Below are positions 1 through 9,500 of a DNA stretch of 26,367 nucleotides, piece after piece. Every line of letters begins with the position of its first letter. Position 1 is the stretch's first letter. The stretch is from Fidelibacterota bacterium (GTDB lineage: Bacteria > Fidelibacterota > Marinisomatia > Marinisomatales > TCS56). The stretch covers positions 1 to 26,367 of the forward strand of contig JBDRBK010000084.1 in NCBI GenBank assembly GCA_043822705.1, read 5' to 3'. The translations under genes were made by a program, and so were the position numbers. The notes below the pieces were generated by a model, which saw only the letters and a program-made list of their open reading frames with translations, made no database searches and was not told the DNA's origin.

Positions 1-654
1 AAGCAGGGTGGCGGCCCCGGCCATACGGGCGACTTCCAGCGCTACCGACGGTTCAATCGTGCGACTGTTGGAATGACCAAGCTGATTGCGCAGGTCGAAT
101 AAACGCTGGCTGCTGAATACTTTATAGGATTCGACTTCCGAAAGATCGGTGATGATCAGTTCCTGGAGAATCTGTCCCAGGCGATCCTTGTCTTCTATGT
201 CGCGTAAATTTTCAAAATTCATCACCGCCAGGGAATTGGCCTCGAGTGACGATTGCAGGCCGAACAGGGACATCTGCGGGAAGGACAACCATCCGGTCAC
301 GGCGACGGCAATAATCCCAAGGATGAAAAAGCCAAGGTTGCGGTAGCGGCTCTGCTTGACATTGAGCGGCAGTGCCAGGCGTGGCGCGGCGCTGGCGCCG
401 GCTATGGTTGGCGTTTCGCCGGTACGATCCCGCTGAATTCCGTCGGGTGTGATGTCGAAGGCCCACGATAGCAGGATCGCAATCGGGAAACCGATAATCA
501 ACAGCACGATAACCAGGGTCAGGGCCCAGTCCGGGAGCAGCAGCGCGGGGAATGTTACCTCCCCGATCTGCATGATGATCCAGGCCACCAGAGCGTACAT
601 GCCGGCCACCCGGAAGACTTTCCGCCGCTTCAGTTCCTGAATCAGATTATTCAT
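1..654 (-). CDS. Membrane protein with N-terminal TM helices followed by a TolB-like (COG5616-type) domain, probably TPR-containing; 3' end lies outside the window
   Basis: Not in the ORF track because it runs off the left edge. Manual translation from ATG at 654 gives MNNLIQELKRRKVFRVAGMYALVAWIIMQIGEVTFPALLLPDWALTLVIVLLIIGFPIAILLSWAFDITPDG...SLAVMNFENLRD, open to position 1. The ELKRRKV.RV...FP L.LP.W...W.FD.TP.G pattern and the S.AV..F.N motif are typical of this family. Confidence 0.8.
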   Translation of the reverse strand, partial: MNNLIQELKRRKVFRVAGMYALVAWIIMQIGEVTFPALLLPDWALTLVIVLLIIGFPIAILLSWAFDITPDGIQRDRTGETPTIAGASAAPRLALPLNVKQSRYRNLGFFILGIIAVAVTGWLSFPQMSLFGLQSSLEANSLAVMNFENLRDIEDKDRLGQILQELIITDLSEVESYKVFSSQRLFDLRNQLGHSNSRTIEPSVALEVARMAGAATLL

Positions 655-911
655 ATTTTACCAATTTTCATCGATAACCCTATGCCATCGGAAATTACAA
701 TAAAATATTGGTGATTAGCTTAGTTATTATCGGACAATATGCATCCGGTCGCCGGATTGTTCCCGATCCTCAGATAATTAGAGATGTTCGCTCAGAAAAA
801 GTTGTCGGGAACATTTATTCGATCGACTGGTATCGAGCATCAATAGTTAATTAGTAAAATAATGGAAATGCAATATTATAATCCGTATCTGGTGGAAATG
901 TCGGGGGAAAA

Positions 912-1619
912 ATGATCCAAGTAATTCCATTCGAGTCATTGGGACACCAGAAGCATGGTTGGCTGGATGCCCGCCATCATTTCAGTTTCGCCCGTTATTT
1001 TGACCCGAACCGGTCGGGTTACCCGCCTTTACGGGTGTGGAATGACGATACGATTAAAGCCGGTACCGGCTTCCCGCTCCATCCTCATCAGGATATGGAA
1101 ATCATCACTTACGTGCGCAGCGGTGCGATAACCCACCAGGATAATCTAGGTAATCAGGGACGCATCGCGGCGGGTGACATCCAGGTAATGTCGGCGGGCA
1201 GCGGCATCATGCACAGCGAATATAACCACGAGGAAGTGGATACCACGCTGTTTCAGATCTGGATCGAGACGGCCCGGCGGAATGTCGAGCCGCGCTGGGA
1301 AACCCGCCCTTTTCCCAAGCAGAATACCGGCAAATTCGAACTGCTGGCTTCCGGCCGGCCGGAACATGCCGGATCCGGGGCCCTGGAAATTTACCAGGAT
1401 GCGGCCTTGTGGGTTGCCAGAGCCGTCACCGCGAGCCGGTTGCACCTGCGGTTGGGACCGGAACGCCGGGCCTATCTGGTGCCGGCTGTCGGTTCAATTG
1501 TGATAAACGGTGTAACCGCTAATGCCCGCGACGGAGTATATATAACCAACGTGGAAGACCTGCAGATAGAGATGCTGTCCGACGGCGAGATGGTACTGGT
1601 CGACCTGCCACCGATCTGA
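912..1619 (+). CDS. Pirin family (bicupin, YhhW-like) protein
   Basis: HGWLDARHHFSFARYFDP, LRVWNDD, GFPLHPHQDMEIITYV, HQDNLGN, QVMSAGSGIMHSEYN and LFQIWI motifs; GGGGG purine tract before the ATG. Confidence 0.93.
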   Translation: MIQVIPFESLGHQKHGWLDARHHFSFARYFDPNRSGYPPLRVWNDDTIKAGTGFPLHPHQDMEIITYVRSGAITHQDNLGNQGRIAAGDIQVMSAGSGIMHSEYNHEEVDTTLFQIWIETARRNVEPRWETRPFPKQNTGKFELLASGRPEHAGSGALEIYQDAALWVARAVTASRLHLRLGPERRAYLVPAVGSIVINGVTANARDGVYITNVEDLQIEMLSDGEMVLVDLPPI

Positions 1620-1625
1620 ATATTG

Positions 1626-1656
1626 TTGGCCGGAAAGTCCAGGACACTCCGGCCAA
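1626..1656. terminator. Hairpin between convergent genes (possible bidirectional terminator)
   Basis: TTGGCCGGA (1626-1634) and TCCGGCCAA (1648-1656) form a perfect 9-bp inverted repeat in the 45-bp gap between two convergent stop codons; no strong U-tract. Confidence 0.55.
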
Positions 1657-1664
1657 TCAGACAA

Positions 1665-4600
1665 TTATTTCAGCAGCAGCATTTTCCGGCGGGCCTGGTA
1701 TTCGGCAGTGCGAATCAGACAGATATACATCCCGGCGCTGACCTGCCGACCGTGGACATTAGTGCCATCCCAGCGGATCGATCGGTATCCCGGTTCCTCG
1801 ATGCGATCCACCAGTGTTTTTACCAACCGTCCCTGAAGATCATAGATTGTGATCTTGACCGCCGTTTGTTCCGGCAGGTCGTAGCAAATGGTGGTGGCCG
1901 GGTTAAAGGGGTTGGGATAATTGGGATGCAGGGCGAATTTTTCAGGAATCGGCAGCCCCCCGGCGATTGCCAGCGCCGAGCGATCGATTGTTAGCGTGAA
2001 GGGTCCATTGGCTGCTGAGATTGTTTGCTGTCGGTCGCTGGCAGTAACGGTCCAGCTGCCGGTGGCATTGGCAGCGGTATCCAGCAGCGCGACCAGTTCG
2101 GCGTAGGTCCAGGTGATGCTCGTGTCAGTAATTGCCGGTAGCATTAGAATATTGAGGCCGGCGGTCAGTTGAAGCGTGTAGAAAACGCTATCGCCCTCCT
2201 CATCGCCGGCGCTGCTCCAGAGCAGTGCCAGACTTTGCTCCAGATTGTCCGGGGCCAACATTATCGTTGTGGCGTCCGCTGGTTGCAGTAGAATAAACTC
2301 AGCCGGCGGGTCATTTACCGGTTGAACCAGCAACGCCACTACCAGTGTGTCGGAATATTCACCGTCACTGACGATAATTGTGAAACTGCTGTTGTGATCA
2401 CCCTGGCGGGGAGTACCGTATAGCGAATCAGCCGCTGCGTACAGCCAGTTTGGCCGTTCCGGGAACGACCAGGTCAGATTACCGTTATCCGGATCCTGAG
2501 CATGACAGCGATAGACAAAATATTGATCTTCAATGGCCGCTGCAGTGTCAGCTGAAGTAATGACCGGTGGATCGTTGATAGCCTGCACGCTCAGAATTAC
2601 CAGCATGCTGTCGCTGGAACTGCCGTCGGAAGCAATTACCAGAAAGGACGAGTCGACTACACCGTCCATCGGCGTACCAAAGATGCTGTCGGCGGCCGCT
2701 GTCAGCCAGTTCGGGTACTGGGCGAAAGTCAGGCTGACCGGGTCCGCTTCTTCGTCGCTGGCAGTTGCGCGGTAAACAAAATACTGGTCTTCCACGGCCA
2801 GTGTATTGCCGGCGGAGGTTATCAACGGCGGGTCGTTAATCTGCTGGACGGTGACAGCAACTTGCATGGTATCGAAATATTCACCATCGGTGACGATGGC
2901 TGTGAAAACAGTATCAATATCACCATGGCGGGCAATTCCGAAAATACTGTCGGCGGTAGTTGCTAACCAGGCGGGCAGCACTGGGAAAGTCCAATCCAGT
3001 TGCGGGCTGTCCGGATCGCTGGCGGTGGCATGGTACGCAAACCTTTGGTCTTCAACGGCCAGCACCCCGGCCGGTGATGTAATTGCCGGTGGATCGTTGA
3101 TATTGACAATTGTGATAGTGAAATCCAGGTTGGAGAGTGCGGCTCCGTCATAGGCACTAATATTGACTTGGTTGGCGCCGGTGTCCGAATCGCCGGGCGT
3201 GCCGGCCAGGATATATTGCCGTGGTGAAATCTGGCGCAGGCGATAATTCATACGATCAACGATGAATATTTCCTCGGTATTTGTCACGGCCAGATAACTG
3301 GGATATTTCAAACTCGCCGCCGTCGGGTCGCCATTATCGCCACCGAAACCGGCATTGCCGTCGCCAGCCAGTGTGTTGATTATTCCGCTGGGTGTGACGA
3401 TGCGAATCCGGTTGTTGCTCTGATCACAGATCAGTAGATTGTCATTATTATCTATCTCTATTGAAGATGGTAAATTCAGTTGGGCGTTAATGGCTAGTCC
3501 GCCATCACCGGAATAACCTTTGACGCCGCTGCCGGCCACGGTTGTAATAACACCATCCGAGTCCACCATTCGAATTCGATTATTGCCGAAATCGGCGATA
3601 TACATATTGTTGCTTTGATCAAAAGCCACCTGATGGGGATAGTACAACCAGGCGCTGGTGGCCGAACCGCCATCACCGGAAAAGCCACGACCGCCATTTC
3701 CGGCCACGGTAGAAATTATACCAGCGGAGTCGATTCGACGGATACGCTGGTTACCACTGTCAGCAATATAGATGCAATTATCCGGACCAACTGTAACGCC
3801 CTCGGGATAATACAATTGGGCGCTGGTGGCGGCGCCGCCGTCACCGCTGAAACCATATGAACCGGTACCGGCAATCGTAGAGATTACGCCGGTTGTATCA
3901 ACCTTACGGATTTTGTAACCGTAATATTCACTGATATATTCATTCCCGATAGGATCGACTGCTACGCCCCGCGGAGATCTTAAGGTGGCGGCAGTTGCTA
4001 AACCGCCGTCGCCGGTGGATGTGCCAATCCCGGTGCCGGCAAAAGTGGAAATGATACCGTCCGGCGCGATCCGCCGCACACGGTATCCAGACTCCTCGGC
4101 AATATAAATACTGCCATCTGGTCCGACAGCTATGGAAGTCGGATCTTTCAATTGGGCATTGATTGCCAGGCCGCCGTCACCGGTGTCAGAGTTATTCCCG
4201 TTACCAGCGATAGTCTTGATCTGAGCTGGCGTCAATTCCAGGGCAAGCCAGGCCGGCAGGGCAACCGGGGTGACACTGACTGAGTCGCCATCGGCATCAT
4301 TGACCGAAAAACTGAATTCATAGGGCTGATCTTCAAGACCATCTGGAATTGATTCATGAATGAAAGCCGGTGCGGAATTGGGCATTTTAACTGACAGGAT
4401 AAAACTGCTGGCAGCCGATAATTCGCCATCATTGACGGTCAGTGTAATAGTCGATAAGCCGGTTTTATCACTGACTGGTGTGACCGTGACCGTGCGCTCC
4501 GAGTCGCTGCCGGCCAAAACAATATTATCATCCGGAACCAAGGCAGGATTGGATGAAACCGCTGTCACCGTCAGCTCAGCCGTCGTGGTTTCGATATCGG

Positions 4601-6404
4601 CAATGGTGAAGGACAGGGGACCGGTGTTGCAGTTCATATAAATGGTCTGGTCGGCAATTTCGCTGATCATCGGTGTGTCGTTGACGGCTATAACCGTTAC
4701 TGCCACTGTCAGCGTATCATAAAGTCCGCCGTCGGAGGCGATAATCCGGAAGCTGGTGTCGACGGCGCCTTCACGGGGGGTGCCGAAAATACTGTCGCTA
4801 TCGAAGGTCAACCAGCCGGGCAACCATTCAATGGTGATCAGTAGGGGCGCGTTATCGGAGTCCTCGGCGGTAACCCGGTAATTGAAATATATATCTTCCG
4901 TGGCCGTCACCGCCGCCGCCGAGGTGATTTGCGGCGGGTCATCCACCTGAAATTCATAGGCGCCGATATCGACGATCCCGCCCTTGCGGCGCGGTTGACC
5001 GGCCAAGTCCACCGGAAAAGTATCAACATTGGTCAGCGTATCACCGGCATTGATACAGGGCGAATTTGCCGCCAGTCGATAATCACTGGAACTGACGCTA
5101 ATAAATTGTGGATCGGCGGTGATTTCATCCAGAGATGTGATTGTGCCGGTGCTGGCATAGTTCAAATAATTGTTGTGAAAGGCATTGTTTTTGATTGTCA
5201 GACTGGTGCCATAAATAGCGGCGTTGCTGGTGCTGGGGTGATTAACAAAAATATTATTTCTGATGACTGCGGTACTACCGTGAAAAATTGCTCCGGCCGA
5301 ACCGGAGGCGCTGTAAGCATATTGATTCTTGGCCGAATTATTTATAAAAGTATTGTTCTCGATAACTACGTTGCCGCTAGCTGAGATTGCGCCCCCCTGT
5401 GCTACCGAGCCCTGGCCTTGATAGATATTGTAATCCGGGCAATTCAATCCGAGGTTATTAATAAATAAATTATTCTTGATCTGTATGTTACAATTGTTGC
5501 CAGTGCAAATAGCGCCGCCGATTACGTTGGCACCCCAATTGGCATTATCATAGCTGATCCGCCGTTCCAGTGCAATATTGCCGTCAAAAATATTATTGTA
5601 GACTTTAGGCGATCCTTCGTACAGGTAGATGGCGCCTCCGCTGGTGGCATAATCCAGATAGTGTCCGGCGCCAACTCCGGCTTTATTGTTCCGGAATATA
5701 TTACCATAGATTTCCGGGGTGCTGCCCCAGTCGGCACAAATTGCGCCACCGGTGGATGAATTATTCGCTGTAGTTGTGATGTTATTACTGAAATTGTTAT
5801 TTCGAATAATTGGATTCGATCCGGTTTCCCGAGCATAAATCGCGCCGCCGCTGGCCTGCAGGTTCTGATAGACCTTACTACTGGTATTATTGGTTATCCA
5901 GCACTGTTCGATGATCGGGGAAGCGCCGCCGTAAACCACTATGGCGCCGCCGGCGGTGAACCAAACATCTTCAGTGGTGGCGTCGCCGTTCATCATTTTC
6001 AAGCCACGGATACGAGTGGCATTGGTTATCCCGTTTGATGACAGGGTAAATATCCGGCAGCCGGAAGCACTTAAAATACATTGACTGGAGTCGGGTGTAG
6101 CATCAGCCCAATTTGTTCCGCTACCGCCATCTGATGTGATCAGCCGGTTGGAAGTCAGCTTGATATCATTTGTAATCGTGTAGGTCCCGTATTTCACTAA
6201 AATTTCATCTCCCGGGGAAGAGGCACTGAGTGCCCCGGCCAGGGTCGTTTTGGCGGTTGCCCAGGACAAACCGGAACCGTTGGGGCCAGCGGCGTCAACA
6301 AAATAGGTGGCGGCATCAAGGCCGGATACAGAAAATAATAGAATAATCACAAAAAACGTAGTACAATATTTTTTGGGGAGTAGCGAGGAGGTCATATGTA
6401 TCAT
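1665..6404 (-). CDS. Large secreted/surface protein: signal peptide, right-handed beta-helix (GGAI repeats), choice-of-anchor-Q-like segment, cadherin/He_PIG-like Ig repeats, six NHL repeats and a C-terminal T9SS-type A/FlgD-Ig sorting domain
   Basis: Hydrophobic N-terminus ending LDA-ATYFVD; repeated GGAI..NN.F..N; ADPQF...YRLAANSPCINAG...DIGAYE; repeated NDPP.ITS...EDQ.F.Y...P.WL; six GDGG.A..A.L..P repeats; C-terminus FALHPNYPNPFNP...IYDLQGRLV...WDG...SAGMY...KMLLLK. The start may be 6395 rather than 6404. Confidence 0.88.
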   Translation of the reverse strand: MIHMTSSLLPKKYCTTFFVIILLFSVSGLDAATYFVDAAGPNGSGLSWATAKTTLAGALSASSPGDEILVKYGTYTITNDIKLTSNRLITSDGGSGTNWADATPDSSQCILSASGCRIFTLSSNGITNATRIRGLKMMNGDATTEDVWFTAGGAIVVYGGASPIIEQCWITNNTSSKVYQNLQASGGAIYARETGSNPIIRNNNFSNNITTTANNSSTGGAICADWGSTPEIYGNIFRNNKAGVGAGHYLDYATSGGAIYLYEGSPKVYNNIFDGNIALERRISYDNANWGANVIGGAICTGNNCNIQIKNNLFINNLGLNCPDYNIYQGQGSVAQGGAISASGNVVIENNTFINNSAKNQYAYSASGSAGAIFHGSTAVIRNNIFVNHPSTSNAAIYGTSLTIKNNAFHNNYLNYASTGTITSLDEITADPQFISVSSSDYRLAANSPCINAGDTLTNVDTFPVDLAGQPRRKGGIVDIGAYEFQVDDPPQITSAAAVTATEDIYFNYRVTAEDSDNAPLLITIEWLPGWLTFDSDSIFGTPREGAVDTSFRIIASDGGLYDTLTVAVTVIAVNDTPMISEIADQTIYMNCNTGPLSFTIADIETTTAELTVTAVSSNPALVPDDNIVLAGSDSERTVTVTPVSDKTGLSTITLTVNDGELSAASSFILSVKMPNSAPAFIHESIPDGLEDQPYEFSFSVNDADGDSVSVTPVALPAWLALELTPAQIKTIAGNGNNSDTGDGGLAINAQLKDPTSIAVGPDGSIYIAEESGYRVRRIAPDGIISTFAGTGIGTSTGDGGLATAATLRSPRGVAVDPIGNEYISEYYGYKIRKVDTTGVISTIAGTGSYGFSGDGGAATSAQLYYPEGVTVGPDNCIYIADSGNQRIRRIDSAGIISTVAGNGGRGFSGDGGSATSAWLYYPHQVAFDQSNNMYIADFGNNRIRMVDSDGVITTVAGSGVKGYSGDGGLAINAQLNLPSSIEIDNNDNLLICDQSNNRIRIVTPSGIINTLAGDGNAGFGGDNGDPTAASLKYPSYLAVTNTEEIFIVDRMNYRLRQISPRQYILAGTPGDSDTGANQVNISAYDGAALSNLDFTITIVNINDPPAITSPAGVLAVEDQRFAYHATASDPDSPQLDWTFPVLPAWLATTADSIFGIARHGDIDTVFTAIVTDGEYFDTMQVAVTVQQINDPPLITSAGNTLAVEDQYFVYRATASDEEADPVSLTFAQYPNWLTAAADSIFGTPMDGVVDSSFLVIASDGSSSDSMLVILSVQAINDPPVITSADTAAAIEDQYFVYRCHAQDPDNGNLTWSFPERPNWLYAAADSLYGTPRQGDHNSSFTIIVSDGEYSDTLVVALLVQPVNDPPAEFILLQPADATTIMLAPDNLEQSLALLWSSAGDEEGDSVFYTLQLTAGLNILMLPAITDTSITWTYAELVALLDTAANATGSWTVTASDRQQTISAANGPFTLTIDRSALAIAGGLPIPEKFALHPNYPNPFNPATTICYDLPEQTAVKITIYDLQGRLVKTLVDRIEEPGYRSIRWDGTNVHGRQVSAGMYICLIRTAEYQARRKMLLLK
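3228..4222 (-). repeat. Six tandem ~56-aa NHL repeats (teneurin-like beta-propeller) within the large secreted protein
   Basis: Six copies of I.T.AG.G..G..GD.G.A..A.L..P....V......YI.D..N.R.R.I are readable in the translation. Confidence 0.85.
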
Positions 6405-6567
6405 CTTTACAATCCTAGCAAATTAAATTGGACCCGGCGGTGTCGATGACGGATTTTTCACGATGTTGCTGTTGTCAATCATAATCCCGTCTGTTATGAT
6501 CGTCAAAATGGTTGGTGAATTTAAAGCGGATTCGACGGTTATTTTATGCTTTAAGACACAGACAGGA

Positions 6568-9500
6568 TCAGCGCGCTTTGGCGATTTTGCCGCGTTTTTC
6601 GATGGTGGTTTTACCTTTGGTCACTTTAATTTGGTAAAAATACACACCATTGGCGACAAAATCACCGCTGCGGTCGCGACCGTCCCAGATGATCTCATGA
6701 TAAGCGCCGGCCCGCGGATCGAGATCGGTGAGAGTGGAACCGCCGGTGAGCCGGCGGATGCGCCGGCCATCAACAGTATAAATATCCAGATGGAAATCAT
6801 CCACCGATTCGGTCAGTTCATAAGCGAAGCGCGTCTGGTCGGTAAACGGATTGGGGAAATTACCGTAATCGATCAGTTCCAGTTTTTCCCGGACGATAAA
6901 TTTAAGTTGCAGGGTATCGGACGCATTGCCGGAAGCATCGTGGGCTACTATTGCCATACTGGTATCCGTCCGGGAAAGGATTGGCGAATACTGCAAGCCA
7001 AGTTGGTTGGATTGGCCGGACATGACTGTAATTGCGGGCGCCGCGATTTTCTGCTGATTGATCCACACGGTAAAGGCCGAGGACCGGTGGTCGATACCGT
7101 TATCGTCCTGACCGACCAGGGAAATCAGCGGGGTGGAATTCAGGTAGCTGTCCCGCAGAAAGCGCTGACCGTTGATGGCGGCTTCCAGACACGGCCGGGT
7201 GACGTCACGGCTGGTCAAGAAGGCGAATCGTCCGGGAGCACTGGCGGTAAAACCGATGCGATCGCCGGTCGCGATAACATTAAGGACCGGCAGCCAGATT
7301 TCACGTTCGGGGTACCAGGTGAACAATTTCACCGAATCGGGCAATGTAGCAGGCAGTTTCCAGGAAATGTCGGCGCTGATTTCGGCGGTACAAAATAATT
7401 CTACTCCGAGTCGGAGCGTATCAACCCGCACCGCAGCCAAATCCGGTTGTCGGGGAATCACCGGCGTGTTCAAGTCACTGATTTTGAGTACCATATCTGC
7501 AGCTGTCGCGCCGGGGGCGATTTCCACTTCGATGCCGTCGACGCCGACAACGGAATGGTTCAGGCGATCGGTGGTGCTGCCCAGCGGACCGGTAAGCCAG
7601 AACGCATCGGTCAGCAGTTCGGTCGAAAGCGTATCGTTGCCGGTTTCCGCTGTCGCGATGGCACGGATTGTGTTCCTCCCGGCCGGCAGGGCGCAGCGCG
7701 TCTGGGCGGGCAGCAGACCGGCGCCGGCGAATTGAATAGTATCGGCGCCTGATTCCAGCCAGTTATTTCCATCCCGGCGCTGAAAACGGACCGTAACCGT
7801 CCCGACACCGATGGAGGTGTTTTGAACCTGGGCCGCCAGTTGAAGATCATTTTCGGTTTTCAATGTCAGGCCGACCAGTTTGACCTGTGGCAAGTCGCGG
7901 ATGATAATTGTTTTTTCTGGGCCGAGGCTGACCTGTCCGGTACTGTCGGTCACCCGGCAACGGAAGTTAAGCGTCGTCCCGGCAGCGAACGGTGGCAATG
8001 GTTGCGCCAGTTGATATGTCTCTCCGCCGGCATCGACCAGACCGGCATAATCGTTACTATTAATCAGGAGTCGCACGGCCGCAATTCCCTGGCGGTCGGA
8101 AACCTGGGCGGTCAGCCAGAGACTGTCGCGGAAAGTGGGATTTACCGGTAGTATCTCCCGGACTACGGCGTAACTGCCGGAAACCGTCAGAGGCGCACTG
8201 GCGCGATAACCACGACCACCGGCCTGCCAAGATGCAACCAGGGTGTAGTTGCCGGGCCGCAACGTGTCCGCCAGATTGTAGTAATACTTCTGGTCCGCTG
8301 ATATTTCGATCGTCTGCGGGTATTTGGTCGGGGGATTTCGATCGTCGTCAAATAACAGGATTCGCAGGGAATCGCAGGGCGAATCTGGTGGCTGGATAGA
8401 AATTGTTTCGCCCGGTTCCGGGTTGTTGGATGAGATTGCTATCGATGACTGGTCATAAAACGGCAGGGTCAGGGCGGGGTCGCCGGACAGATTGAATTGA
8501 TATATTTGCGATTTCGCAATATCGGGGAAAGCGCTGTTGGTCAGATAATATTCGATTTTAGCCTGATTGATCAGTTGACCGAATGGTATTCCCGGTGTCT
8601 CGAACAGGTGTTTGTGGATTGGTTGCAGCAGCAGGTAATCGTTGATGATCCAGCCGACCCCAGCGCTGCCGAACCAAGCCGCGACTCCGCCATTATCATA
8701 ACTCATCAATCGACGCCCGAGGGCGTTGGGGTTGGTCACATCTCCAGTATGACAAGTCATGCTGGTTACAAAAGGTGTTTTACATTTATTATCCAGATAA
8801 CTCACATCTTCCAGAGTGAATATGGAACGATCGCCCCAAACTGCGCCCCCACCATGCCCAAGGAAATTGATATAAAGTAATCCGCGCGAGAAATACTGCA
8901 GCAGCGAATCAGTGTTACCGTAATACAGACCACCTACGGAATATTGATCAATATTAAGTCTGATTGGAAATATACCACGGTCCAGGATATTGCTAATTAG
9001 CATCTCAGATTGTTCTTTGAAAGTATTGTTATAACCGGCGATCATCAATACCTGATCATGCCAGTTCCGCGGTGCCGATTCCAGTAACGTCAGAGTCTTG
9101 GCTACCATTTGTTCGAGTTCGGGAATATCCCGGGCCGGCAGTCGGCCGATGGCGATCTCGGGAAGCAGGTCATCGTCGATCAGTGTATACCAGAAATCAG
9201 CCGCCGCCGCCCCCCATTTAACAGTCTGGATTTTCATTGAAGGGATGAAATTGTTGCGGAACACTGATGATCGTTGCCAGCCTAATTGATCCCCTTGCAT
9301 GGCAATCAATACCGTCTGTAGCGGCTCCGGCCAGTTGTAATAAATATCTTTCAGGAATTCATTGATGGCGTATGGTGATAGCCGACCATGGCTGTAGCGG
9401 CGATAGACTTCATCGATATTGACTGCAAGTCCGTTGTGAATTTCAACTAACGGCTCTAGGGTGGTGAAGAATGAATCAGGCGCCAGGATCAGATATGGGG

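Noticed and set aside
6463..7398. 311-aa plus-strand ORF
   Set aside because: Lies antisense to the C25 peptidase C-terminus and has no family motifs.
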